Source of the DNA: Atractiella rhizophila
Lineage: Eukaryota
Length of the DNA: 49,774 nt
Assembly: GCA_021432655.1 (NCBI GenBank)
Contig: MU271271.1
Location: forward strand, 62,001 to 111,774
Reading direction: 5' to 3'
Shown here: positions 10,924 to 23,672 of the stretch, in pieces
Layout of the letters: each line of letters begins with the position of its first letter
Numbering within the stretch: the first letter of the stretch is position 1
Made by a program: the position numbers and the translations under genes
The notes under the pieces: model-generated
What the model saw: the letters and a program-made list of their open reading frames with translations, nothing else
The model's database searches: none
Told to the model about the DNA's origin: nothing

Positions 10924-11548
10924 CCACCTCCAGACGGAAAGATGAACAGGTGTGAGAATGTCGGTGAGGCTCAGTGGCGATAAGCTACCCAAATCTCCTC
11001 CACTCCTAAGTGGAAGGGATAGTAGTAGCAGTTCCGATCGCCTTCGGATAGTCCGCTCGTCGAGCGTCTGAGTACAGCTGCCGTCATCAACCTCAACTCG
11101 TCTTGGGAAACGAAGGCATACAAGGGATGGTTTCGTCTTTTGATACTCTCGTCGTACGAGAGATGTGAAAATTCTGTGGGCAGCCAGCACTGCTGACAGA
11201 AAGTGCGAGTTGTCTCCATTTGGATATGGCAGCAGAGCGTCGACAATGCCACATATCCTGCTCCATCGCATCGACCACCCTTCTCGGCCTGAGGATTGCG
11301 GGTTGTGTTCGGTCCGGTCAAACACTCAGAGGAGAGTCAGAAGGTCGACGGACCCTTGCTAAAACAGAAGAGAGAAGTCATCCAAACACGGTAAACTAAT
11401 AAACATGGAAGATGAGAGGAAGAAACAATGGTTCAAAGTAGATCAACGGTCTGACAGAACACTGAGGAGAGGAAGATGAAAGAGAGTGATAGTACTATCG
11501 AGAAAAGACAGTAATGGTGATGATGTACAGAGTCGCTTGCATGTACGA

Positions 11549-13652
11549 TCAGAAGGTGGTGCGGCCAAAGTCAGCGTAAGGATACTGGACCTTGATTTGC
11601 TTGATGAGCCACCAGGCAGGAGTAGCATACGTGACATGGTTTTGGAAGCCTTTTGGCTCTCCAGAGTGAAGCATACCGAGCATGCGCCCCTCGCGAGTCC
11701 AGACGAGTGATCCGGAGTCTCCATGATCGGAAAAGTGACCAGCTCCCGCCTTGAAGTTATAGATGCATGCTTCTATGGACTTCCTACCGAATTCGTTGCA
11801 GACGTAGGCTTCCAAGCCGGAGTATCGACCGATCGTTAAGTCAGTGGTATTTCCATCCTTGCCAACGATGTAGACGGGGTTCCCGCTCTCGTCGATATCG
11901 TTGGGATTAGCCATCAACTCTTTGTCGACAACACCTATGATGCGGTGGACGAGGTTCGAGGCGAACGTCTTGGCTCCCGACCGACTCGCAGGGTTGGGCC
12001 AGAACATGGTGTTGAGTTGGCTAGAGGTCCACTTGTTCCCTGGTGCCTACTTTCAATAATCGAGATATGAGAGGAACGAGACAAGGCGCACCGAGATCTA
12101 CGAGGTTACCCTGGAAGACATCTTTGAACTTGGTATCATGAAGCCTGAAGGTACCGACGTCCAGCGTGTAGTGTCTCTCGTCGACATCGATGGATACCTT
12201 GGGGGCCCAATGGACCTGCCCGATGTTTCGGCGGTCCATGTCGCTGAAGTTGGTCGTGACGTCTTTCAACCAAGCCTCAACCATGCCGGTGTCCTCTTTC
12301 AGCTTGTCCAACTGCTCTTGCTTAAGCCGCAGGGCCCGCTCGTTCCGTGTGTCGGCAGGTTCGCCCCTCAAGCGCCTTACGTCGGTAGCTAAACGGACTA
12401 TCTCCTCAAGGTTTCTACCCACCAAGTCACCGCTCTCGGTGAGGACCCGTTGAAAGCGACGCATACCACAGACGCGAATCTGTCGGACAGGTGCGCCTCG
12501 ACCCGTGTACAGGACATCGGTCCGGGTATCAGAGTTGAGGACATGCTTGCAGGTCACTCCCATGACATCGTTGCTTGGTTCGCCGTTTTTGTCCCTGTTG
12601 ACGTGGAAATAGAATCCCAGACTGCCTTGGGCATCCACCTCCTGACCTTCTTTGGGGGCAATGGGTAGGCCGAGAGCGGCAGTCAAGGCGCGACGGATGG
12701 AGTAGGTGGGGTCAGTTTCGTCCACGACGCTCATCAGGCTTGCAAGCTGCTTCACGCTGGCTTCGTACCACTCGAGCACCACACCGTTAACTCCATGATC
12801 TTCGAGGATCCTGAGGACGGCAGGAGAGACGTCACGGCATTGCCCTGGAGTGGTTGATCCCGGATGGGTCGCGATCCAGAGCGTGACAGGAGAAAGAGTC
12901 TTTTTCCCCTCATCATCGTAGGTGGAGAACCGAGCGCCTTTGAGGGAAGAGTAATCGATGCTGTTCTGCTCGAAGAGGTCAATGATCAAAGGTGCAACGA
13001 TATGCCAGATCGGATTCAAAGCTGTGTCGAAAACACCCTCTGCAGTCTTGACGGGGAACTTGAAGAACCTAGGTCCCCCAGGCGAAGGGAGAACAAACGG
13101 ATTCGTGTCGTGATCAGTACGCCAAACGAGATGAGGGGGGTCATCGGAGACACCATTCCAAAAGTGCACCCGCTCGAACTTGCAGATGAGGTGTGGGGCA
13201 GTGACATCGTACCACTCCGCGGGGGCGAAGTCATTAGAAAGTATCACATGGGTATCGCTCGCAGGGATAGGAGTGTGCTGAACTAAGAGGGACTGGCATT
13301 CGAACATATACAAGGTGACTCCTACTTGACCACATTGTCATTGTCATTCGATCATTATGGATAAGTGCTTGGGGAGAAACAAAGAAAACTCGCCTCTGAG
13401 CAGCCTCGGGTTATTGCTCAAGATCTTATCCAATTCATCGAAGATCTCGGGAGCTCCTATAAAGAAACGATTAGCGATTAGCATGATGTGATGTACACCT
13501 AAGACTCGCCACCAGGATTCCATAAGCCGGCGTTGGCAATATCCAGTTTGGTGAGTTGGGCAAGTGCTAAGGTAACGCTGGCTCGTTAGTGGAACCCACA
13601 AAACGGAGAGGCCTCACCCATAGTTTTCTGCGATTTGGACAATGGGAGACAT
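11549..13652 (-). CDS. Trypsin-fold (clan PA, Ssy5/Nal1-like) serine protease; 5' exons uncertain
   Basis: ORFs 12021-13313 and 11549-12007 join in frame through intron 12040-12091 (GTGCGC...CAG). Triad motifs GVTCKHVL, TLDVGTF and FSDHGDSGSLV, plus VGKDGNTTDLTIG. Start is either ATG 13307, or ATG 13652 via small upstream exons including a GC-AG intron at 13322-13393. Confidence 0.75.
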
Positions 13653-14257
13653 GGACAGATTTTTCGGCTCCGCGTCCAGATCTAGATTTCCGCCGCCCGA
13701 AAACCTGGTCTCAAACCCGCCTTCGTGGCCTTCGTGAGGAGGAAATGGCAGGTCACGTGCTCGGGCCAAACTATCTTAGCCTAATAATTTGAGCACCATT
13801 TCCACCTCACTTAGTCTGGTTGTACTTGTAGAGGGAAAAGGGAGAAACTCAAAACTTGAATACTGTTTTCCAACTTCAACCACATGTCCCTCCCTCAATA
13901 TTCATTGTTGAGCTTTCAGTGCAATCCGAGTTTTTAAGTGCATTCTGTAATTCCTACTGATTAATTTTCCTTCTCTTTAGCTCTCACAAAACTGAATTCC
14001 ACGCCGAGTGAACAAGAGTGTGATGCATTCCCCATAACTCGAGTTTTCGGCAACCACGCTTAACAAAGCTGTCAAATTTGGCATGCATGCTCAATACGAT
14101 CTATCGAAAGACTTCCAGAGGACAGCACATGTCTTGGAACATAAAATTTTCATCACTTTCTGACTTCTGCCTTTAGCTCAACTCAAGTAAAGCTGTTGAT
14201 TGCATTTTATGTTAACTGTTCTTTTTGATGTTCTGGATGTACTTTCTCAGTTTCAGG

Positions 14258-14622
14258 TGTTAGGGCTGACACTATGTACGGTCGCCAATGGACGATGCAT
14301 CTCCTAAGGGCATGATATAATATGAAGACTAACCTGTAGTGGAGATAAACCTAAGAGAATACTCTAAGGTCACCTCCACTACTCTCTGATCTATATATTC
14401 AAGCGGAATAACACTGCCACAGAGCGTAGAGGAGAGCAGATGAAACATGTAAGAGAACTAAAGGGGAAGTGACAGTTGGATTATGCGGAGTTAATAAGAG
14501 GAGAATAGACACAATTGGGCTAAGTGGTGATGTAGGCGCAAATGGGCAAACAGGCGACCGGAAGACACAGAGTGATGCAGAGTGGCGACGGGAGACAATT
14601 AGCGTACAATGCAAACCTGATA
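14258..14622. mobile_element. Decayed solo LTR
   Basis: Starts TGTTAGGGCTGACACTATG and ends GCAAACCTGATA. Its first ~140 bp are clearly similar to 15347 onward. Confidence 0.65.
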
Positions 14623-15058
14623 GTCCTTTCTTTTCCGTAGACACAATATCTAAATGTCAAGTAGCTACACCATGAGAGAAAAACAAAGATCTTCCTTCAC
14701 CTTTTCTGCGCATTGCTTGAGCTATCTTTTCTTCCTTAACAGAGCCGTGTTTGTCTGGATTGAATATTCTTGTATTGTACAGATGGCTCTGAGACAGTGT
14801 CAATTGGTGCTTCCATCCACAGACTATATCCTTGTTTGAGACTTTACAGATAAAGCCACGGACCATATGTCTCTGTCCAAAAAGAATTGACATCAGATAA
14901 TGAGGGTTCTGATGGCGACAGTGCTCATAACCATTTTCATAACACGAAAGAAAACGTTGGAGTAAGTGGTTACTGGTTTCATGTTCTCTCTGTATTCTTT
15001 GGATTCGTTTGCCCGTTTGCCTCCTATATTGACATGCAAATTTAAAAAAAAATTGTTA

Positions 15059-16956
15059 CACTGCCAATTCAGTTTTAGGAGGTGGCCAGTTGAATCTAAA
15101 GCTATAACCAAACAATGACAACTGTATTGTTCTGATCACTGGATTCAGCTATCCAGCCATATCTGCAAGCTGAAGTCATGTGAATTGCAGCTGCTTGCAG
15201 CGGGCTGCGACTGGTCACATCTGAGCACGTGATCGTATACAAATGACGCGCGTCCGAATCCAGACGAGGCTTTATGTAGTGAGTAGTTTCCCATAAGTTT
15301 TAAAAAGAAAAATACTCTTTCTACCACTTGGACTGTTCTTCCCATGTGTTAGGGCTGACACTATGTGCGGTCGCCGACGGGCGATGCGTCTGTAGTGGAG
15401 GTAAACCTAAGAGAATACTCTGAGGTCACCACCACTACATCTCGATGTATATATACATATGTAAAGGCACTGCCATAAAGTGTAACATACGTTTCTTGAA
15501 ACATGTAAGATAGCTAGATCAGGAAACCAATAAAGGGAATACTTGGAAATAAGACATACTGAGCAGTACAAGTGAGAAAGGATAATAAGGCAATAATGGA
15601 GATGGTGCAGACCGGCGAAATGTATAAGGTTTGCTGAGCGGCGATTCGTGTGAGACGGGGGAAGGCGGCGGTCAGTACGAACGTGAGCAAAGCGGCGATG
15701 GGTAGGCATGTGATCCCATGACGTGGTAAAGTAGGTCACGTGACTTCAAATGGTGCATTTCGGTAATGCGTAGAGGCAAGCCTGACATAAATGTGCAGTG
15801 AGACTTGTTTTCTTACTTCACACTTTTCTAAGGCATCTTCACAGTTCCCCTATTCTTAATCGCCGCATTTTCGTCTCCATGCATTTTCCTATGCAAGTTG
15901 CTCTGCTCATCCCAGGATGTATGTCTTATGTTGTGGCTCAGCCATTGTTTCACCGTGCTAGAATTCCTGGGCCTCTACCTCCTCTATGATGCCATACAGC
16001 TCCAACCTCCCCTTTGTCAATCTCAACCTTTCCTGCTCGTGTCAAATACCAATACTTGCATCAATCGAGCTTAGACAAATGTGGATGGGGAGGGGGGATC
16101 AGGATGATGACGTTGAAGGGGAGGAGGGGATCATGATGGCGCGATAAGCAAATGGTTTACAAGCAGGTTCAGTATGTGGTGTGGGCATGGGTACAGTGAG
16201 TTCTTTACTTTCGGCACTACCTTTCCACTAACCAACCATGTATGAGGCAGGTCTATTGACGGTCGAGGCACATGCTGCCGGCCAGGAGGTTGTGTGGTAA
16301 TGCATAGACATGACCTCCGCCTCACTTCCTCTGATCTTCCCAATCTGTGTCTCCCTTTCAGCCTGTAAAATAACTTATGAACCACTTTTGTCAATATCAT
16401 ATCATCATGCCCAGTACACAATTTGATGAAGTTTTGATGCATATTCATTTGAACCACATGAAGCAACAATGCTGAAAGCCATGAAGAGAAAGGGCCAAGC
16501 TTGTTTGAGCTATTTTCTTATTCAATGATAAAGTACAGACATGTGCAGGTATATACGTTGTGCTCTCAGCTTAATGCGGAGGTCCATTGCAATAGTGTGC
16601 AGCTGTCTGACTGGACGGTTACAGCTTGGTGCGCCTAGATACATATGGTTGAGGTGCCTGAGCACAGGTTGCCACATAACTGCTTACAGGTATTGGCAGG
16701 TGCTTTCAGACGGAGGGGACAGCTGAGAACAGGTGTGAATTATCTGATTTCAGGTGGTAGCAGCTAAGTTCAGTTGATACTACGACTGGATGAAGGCATA
16801 TTCAGTCGCAAGCGGTTATGTACATCTGAATCCAGATACGATCTCATCTTGTTCCAGTTGTCCAGCCAACTGCATTGTCCTGTCCAGCCATATCTGAGTT
16901 CTGCATTCAGAATTTGCGGGGCACAGCTGAATTCAGATCAACTTTGATTGGCAGTG
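15059..16956. mobile_element. Decayed/non-autonomous TIR DNA transposon, CACTA/EnSpm(CMC)-like termini
   Basis: Perfect 10-bp TIR CACTGCCAAT...ATTGGCAGTG flanked by TA on both sides. Subterminal motif TCCAGCCATATCTG occurs near both ends. No intact transposase visible. Confidence 0.65.
15347..15787. mobile_element. Solo LTR nested in the TIR element
   Basis: TG...CA ends with imperfect inverted termini (TGTTAGGGCT...AAGCCTGACA). Related to 14258-14622. No clean TSD. Confidence 0.7.
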
Positions 16957-18935
16957 TATTCTTCCTTGGTTTGGTTCTCTGTTTAACATTTGTCTTCTCA
17001 ATACCTATATTCACAAGCCCTAAACAAGTCTGCAATTCCTCTGTCTTTTTGTCTGTTTGTTTTGTTACATCAATACATATGCCAAAAATAACCCTCTTGC
17101 TCTATATGTTGCTTCAACCTGTGACTGTGCATTACTGCTTCGGGTCGTGCTTCTACTCGTTGTCCCTCTATGTTTATTCTCTCCATCGTCCTATTCTAAC
17201 TTCCCCTGCTTGATCTACACCCTCTCCTTCCTTAGCTTCCTTTCCCCCCATTTGGTTCCTTCCTCCGTTCACATGTCTATACATGAGGTATGCTTTCCCC
17301 CTTCTACGCCTGTCAGAGTATTCTGGTTTCATTGCTCATGTGCAAGCTTTCTCATGGTGCCTGATGCATATTGATATCATCCTGGAGTAATGTTGGCTGT
17401 TCCATTTCTTGCTCCATGCCACTTTGTCATGGTTTCATGTCCTTCCTTCACTGTGTGAACTGGTTCGTCATCACCATCCCAGGACCATCGATGTTGACAT
17501 CCTCCACAGTCATTTATTATACTGTACTGTGTGAATACAATGCCACTTCATGCTGGTGTAATCCTCTTGCAAGTGAGCATTTGACATACCCCATCCTTCC
17601 TTAGATACCATCACATGAAAGCCATCCACCAAAGACAGGCACCTGCGAGGCAAATGATCTATTTCACTTCAACACCAACCAGATTACGTACTTCCCTGCA
17701 ATCGTAACTCCGCAACCAAGTTTTTTTAATTCAATCGGAACAAGGAAATGTAGACAAAGGCCTATTCAAGATAGAACAAGGACCAATAGAAAACTCCATC
17801 TTAACCTTAAATAAGAAGACAATGGCGATTGGACAAGATAGAAAATGTGGGTGAGATAAAAGAATATAGGGCAACATAGGACTTAGGAAATGATGTAGGA
17901 GATTAGAGGATGACGAAGGTGTTAGAAGTTGATGTTAGTTGTAGAGCGGAGCCCGCAGATTTGTTTTATTCAGCGTGGGCAGTTTGTAACTGTTATTCTG
18001 AAGTGCATGGCACTTCACCGCTAGGTTGGATGTTTTAAACACACCACATTTCCATCCTCTTTTCCTTTCCTCAACCACTCTATTGCTTCTGTACTCATTC
18101 CTCTCATGTCGTGATTGGGGAACCAGAGTCAGGAACAATCTGTAAAGACCAAATCTCTTTGAAGGAAAAGAGGTGGAGCTAGGTGGAGCGCTGGAGGGAG
18201 AGGAAAACTATAAAAAGGGAAAGTTTAGAGGGAGATAACATTCCTCATTTGTACTGTGAGCATCCTACACTTTCGTTTGACTTCTTACTTATTTCTCTCA
18301 TCCTCAGGTGCTTGCTTTGTGGACTTTGGGTCAATTATAGTGTCAAAAAGCTCATTTTTCCATTGCAAACCACTAGTTTGCTCTCCTAGTTCTTTTCCAC
18401 TAAGCTGCTTCGATGTTTGCCCACCAAACGTTTATTCCCAACTTTGAACTCTCCCTCTAGTCTAGGATAAACGACTCCACATTCAGTTAATCGCTATCAG
18501 CCTTCAAAACTTCTCATGTAAATAACTCTTACAATGCTGTTGGAAATCGATGTGCTGAGGAGCAGAGCTAAGTACGACCTGGTTATGTTTGGCTGAGCTC
18601 TTGCGACACATGAGCACCAGGAAATGGAATTCTATGTGTTTATATAGCTTACAGCAGTGGCAACCAGAAAGAAGGAGAACATTCCAGAAAACTAAAGAAC
18701 TTTGCCACCAAGTGGCACGAAACTAGACTGCGAAATCCAACAAATGCAAGCAATGTTTATGTTGCCCGTGTGAATCCGTTCGGGGGCTGGTGGGGGCGTT
18801 AAAATTTCTTAGTGCTACAGTTGGTTTATAGTGTATAGTGTACTAGAGCTGCGACTACACACATTGAGACATTGAGACGAGACGTGGCAGTCAACCCTAA
18901 TCCACGTCAACTTTTGCCTGTGCAAGTGAGGCAAA

Positions 18936-19976
18936 ATGAAGTTCCTCCTTCTCCCTTCCCTTCTCGCTCTCGCCAGTGGTATGTCTCCTTCTCGTCTGGT
19001 TTACCGCAAAGCTGACGGGATGACGTGCAGCCTCCATCTTCAGCTCGTCCACGCCAGCGCCAGAACTTGAGGCGAAGGCTTCCTTTGGGCCAAACAACCC
19101 TCTCAACAGTGCGTTTTTAATCAGCATTGCGAAATATGGGATACGATGCTGATTACACGAATGGTTTTCAAGATGTGTACAATGGACAGCAAAACCAAGT
19201 CCTCATCTCTCTCCTCAATCCCTCCTCCTCCGAGCTTACCGTCACATTCATCGGAGGTTCGTTCAGCAAAGCGAGCGATGCAAAACACTTGCGTAACGTT
19301 CGTCTTCCTTTCTTCGTCCAAGATTTTGTAGGTGATCGTGTGACGTTGCAGACGACTTCGCTCAAATATAACCTCTTGATCCCTCCCTCTGGGAGCTCCA
19401 CCTCCCACCCTGTTGAAGGAGAGGATGGAAAGCCCGCCGCTTTCCAAGTCCCATATCAGTTTTGGAGCGAGTTTCCCACGGGAGACATCGGGTTGACTCT
19501 CTGGGTCGAATATCAGGATGCCGTACGTTTCTTCTACCTTCTATCAGGAAAAGATGGGAGATTGAAGCGTCTCGTTTCGGTAGGACAAAAACACGTACCG
19601 CACCCTAGCCTTTGACGACGTCATCACCGTCGTCGAACCTCCGTCGAGCTTCCTTGACCCCGCGCTCATCTTCCTCTACCTCATCCTCTCCACCATTTTC
19701 CTCGGCGGCGGGTACCTGGCCTACACCAACTTTGTCGCGTCGGGTGGAAAGAAGAAGCGGTCCAAGCGTCCCGTGGTCGCCAAGTCCCCTGCACCGGTTA
19801 TTGACGAGGTGACGGGTGTGGAGAAGAAGTATGAGGACAGCTGGATCCCCGAACATCATCTTAAGAGCAGAGCGAAGAAGAGCGGTGCGGGTGGAGCGAG
19901 CGGAACGTCTGCGAGTGAAGGTGAGGGAGCGAGCAGCGGTGGAGAGGGAAGGGGAAGGAAGAAGGGAAGGAAGTAA
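18936..19976 (+). CDS. IRC22: Translocon-associated protein alpha (TRAP-alpha / Irc22-like)
   Basis: Signal peptide MKFLLLSLP; VYNGQQNQVLI...FIGGSF; VPYQFWSEFPTGDIGL; TVVEPPSSFLDPALIFLYLIL (TM); YEDSWIPEHHLK. About 4 introns. Confidence 0.85.
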
Positions 19977-20580
19977 ATCCTAAGTGGGACTACGGGAGTG
20001 GTTGAGGGTGATGATGGAGAGGGTTGGAGGTGAGAGTGAAGAGTTAGAGGTGAGAGAGAGGAGCTGATGGTGAGCACCTCTTCGAAACGGAAGCGGAGGA
20101 TTTGTGAGGGTTGCAGTATTGAGGTTTGACGTTGGGGGTAAAATGTCCTATGGAGGATCTTGATGTGATACCGTGATTCAAAAAGTAGGATCGTAATTTT
20201 TATTATTCTTCTATCGCCATTTATACCGCATTCAAACGAACTCGCGGTTGAGATTGAACCTGTCGGTCTATAAGGACATGCAGTTAAGCATTTTTCGCAG
20301 CACCTCCTTCTCTCAAGCTCCACTCCCGCAGCATTTGAAGCGCAGCATGACTGGACCTGACAGGCTCGAGAGATTCGTCGTTGTTCTTCATGCCAATGCT
20401 CGTCTAGCCTGCAGGAATGCGTTAAGTCAGCCTCCCCCAAGAAAGGGTCATGGCTGCGGTCCGTAGCACCTGTTAGGAGAGGGAGGGAGAGATATAAAAG
20501 ACATTTGGAGTTTGGATCGATTTCCAACAACATCCTGCACTGAAAACTCGAATTTCGACTCCAATATCACAGAAATAACA

Positions 20581-22366
<1,786 letters not shown>

Positions 22367-23672
22367 GCTCTTTGTCCTCATCTCCCTTTTCTGTGCAGCC
22401 TTTCGCGTGATATAACGGCAAATATTGCAATTATGATTTCGTTCTTTTCACCATATCAAACTGAGTCTCAATTCCTTTTCGCGAGCCTCCTCACGCCCTC
22501 ACGCGAATGGACATCAACATAAGCAACAGAACGAGGATCGAGAATTCGTTTGGCTAACGCTCAGATAATAGTATGGAGAACAACTTTAAGTTTGTTGGAG
22601 GAACACTTGGAAAGGCGACCGAAATTATAATGGAGGAGTTACAGTGAAGGGATCAGCTGCTTATGACAAAGGGAAACAACCCAGCTTCAAGGAATTGTAG
22701 TAAACAGTGTAATTTTAACTAATTGTAAAGAAGCTCGTTGGCGAGCACACAACCTCCCGGCAACTATTGTCATCATGACATGCAAAATGAAACTCTTCCA
22801 CATTGATTGACAGAGTTTGATGATGGTCAATGGTCTGATATCTACGATGGCATGTGCAGTGAATTTCAGACGAATGGGTCTTTTGTGGGAACAGGTAGCA
22901 CTTACGGTTGAACGGCAGAAAGTTGGACATACTTCCATTCGAAAGAACAAACTTGTTTTTTGCGATGTTTTTATGTAACTCTTGGAACTGAAAAATAACT
23001 TTAACACGGATAGATGCTGTCCAAAGCGTTGTCAGAAATAACATGGATGATGCCCTGGAAAAATAGATATGTCATACTCTATGGACAATGCGACAAAGCG
23101 GATGCTGGTCTGTTGCATGTTATCCCGGCTCTATTTACCTCATGAGAAGTTTCATAATGCTAGCTATGCAGACATCCCCTTGCCAACCAAAGGCTAGAGG
23201 AGATTACCATCGACTGCAAAGCTTTCTTCAACTTTTCGCGAACGCAACAGACGGTTCAAGGGTTCTCAAGACGCCACCTCCAAAAGCACACATAATGAAA
23301 AATATCGCCTTACAGCACTAGATTCTGCAAACTCCTTAACTCATTCGAGCGACTACAAGACAACCTCCATCTCCTTGTCAAAGGATCCATATCATGTTCA
23401 GCCAACCTTCCAGCGGCAGGGTTCCGGAGTTTTTCTTATGTAAAGTTTCTTAGCGACTAAAATATATCTTCGCTATGATCGATTTCGACTGATCCTTATC
23501 GATGGCAGAAATCGAGTCGTCGTTGCACTCACCTGGAATCGCCGAAGTCGGCCGGAAAGCGCTGCGCTCCAAAGTTTTTTCCCAAGCATTTTCTCAACGA
23601 CGAACAGGTCATTTCTCACATCCAACTCAGCACCAGAGCTCACCTTGTAAGAAGAGATAAGCAATATTCAAC

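Noticed and set aside
10924..11325. Minus-strand ORFs right of the 5' LTR
   Set aside because: Non-ATG starts and no recognisable motif; possibly gene debris but not supportable.
13344..13460. PAH-domain-like fragment (IFDELDKILSNNPRLLRGEFSLFLP)
   Set aside because: The EFSLFLP part falls in a predicted intron (GCGAGT donor); the resemblance is short and probably chance.
13510..13652. LysM-like look of IAENYGVTLALAQL...WNPG
   Set aside because: Needs a 40-nt intron plus a GC donor and lacks the first LysM strand; the alternative frame is at least as plausible.
14258..15787. The two related LTRs as ends of one element
   Set aside because: They differ in length and central sequence, there is no shared TSD, PBS or PPT, and the second sits inside a separate TIR element.
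18760..18850. Possible Helitron 3' end (GC-rich stem before CTAG)
   Set aside because: The stem is poor and its spacing to CTAG is wrong; no other Helitron evidence.
22630..23480. AT-rich stretch beginning TA-CAGTG, suggestive of a Tc1/MITE
   Set aside because: No matching inverted terminus found.
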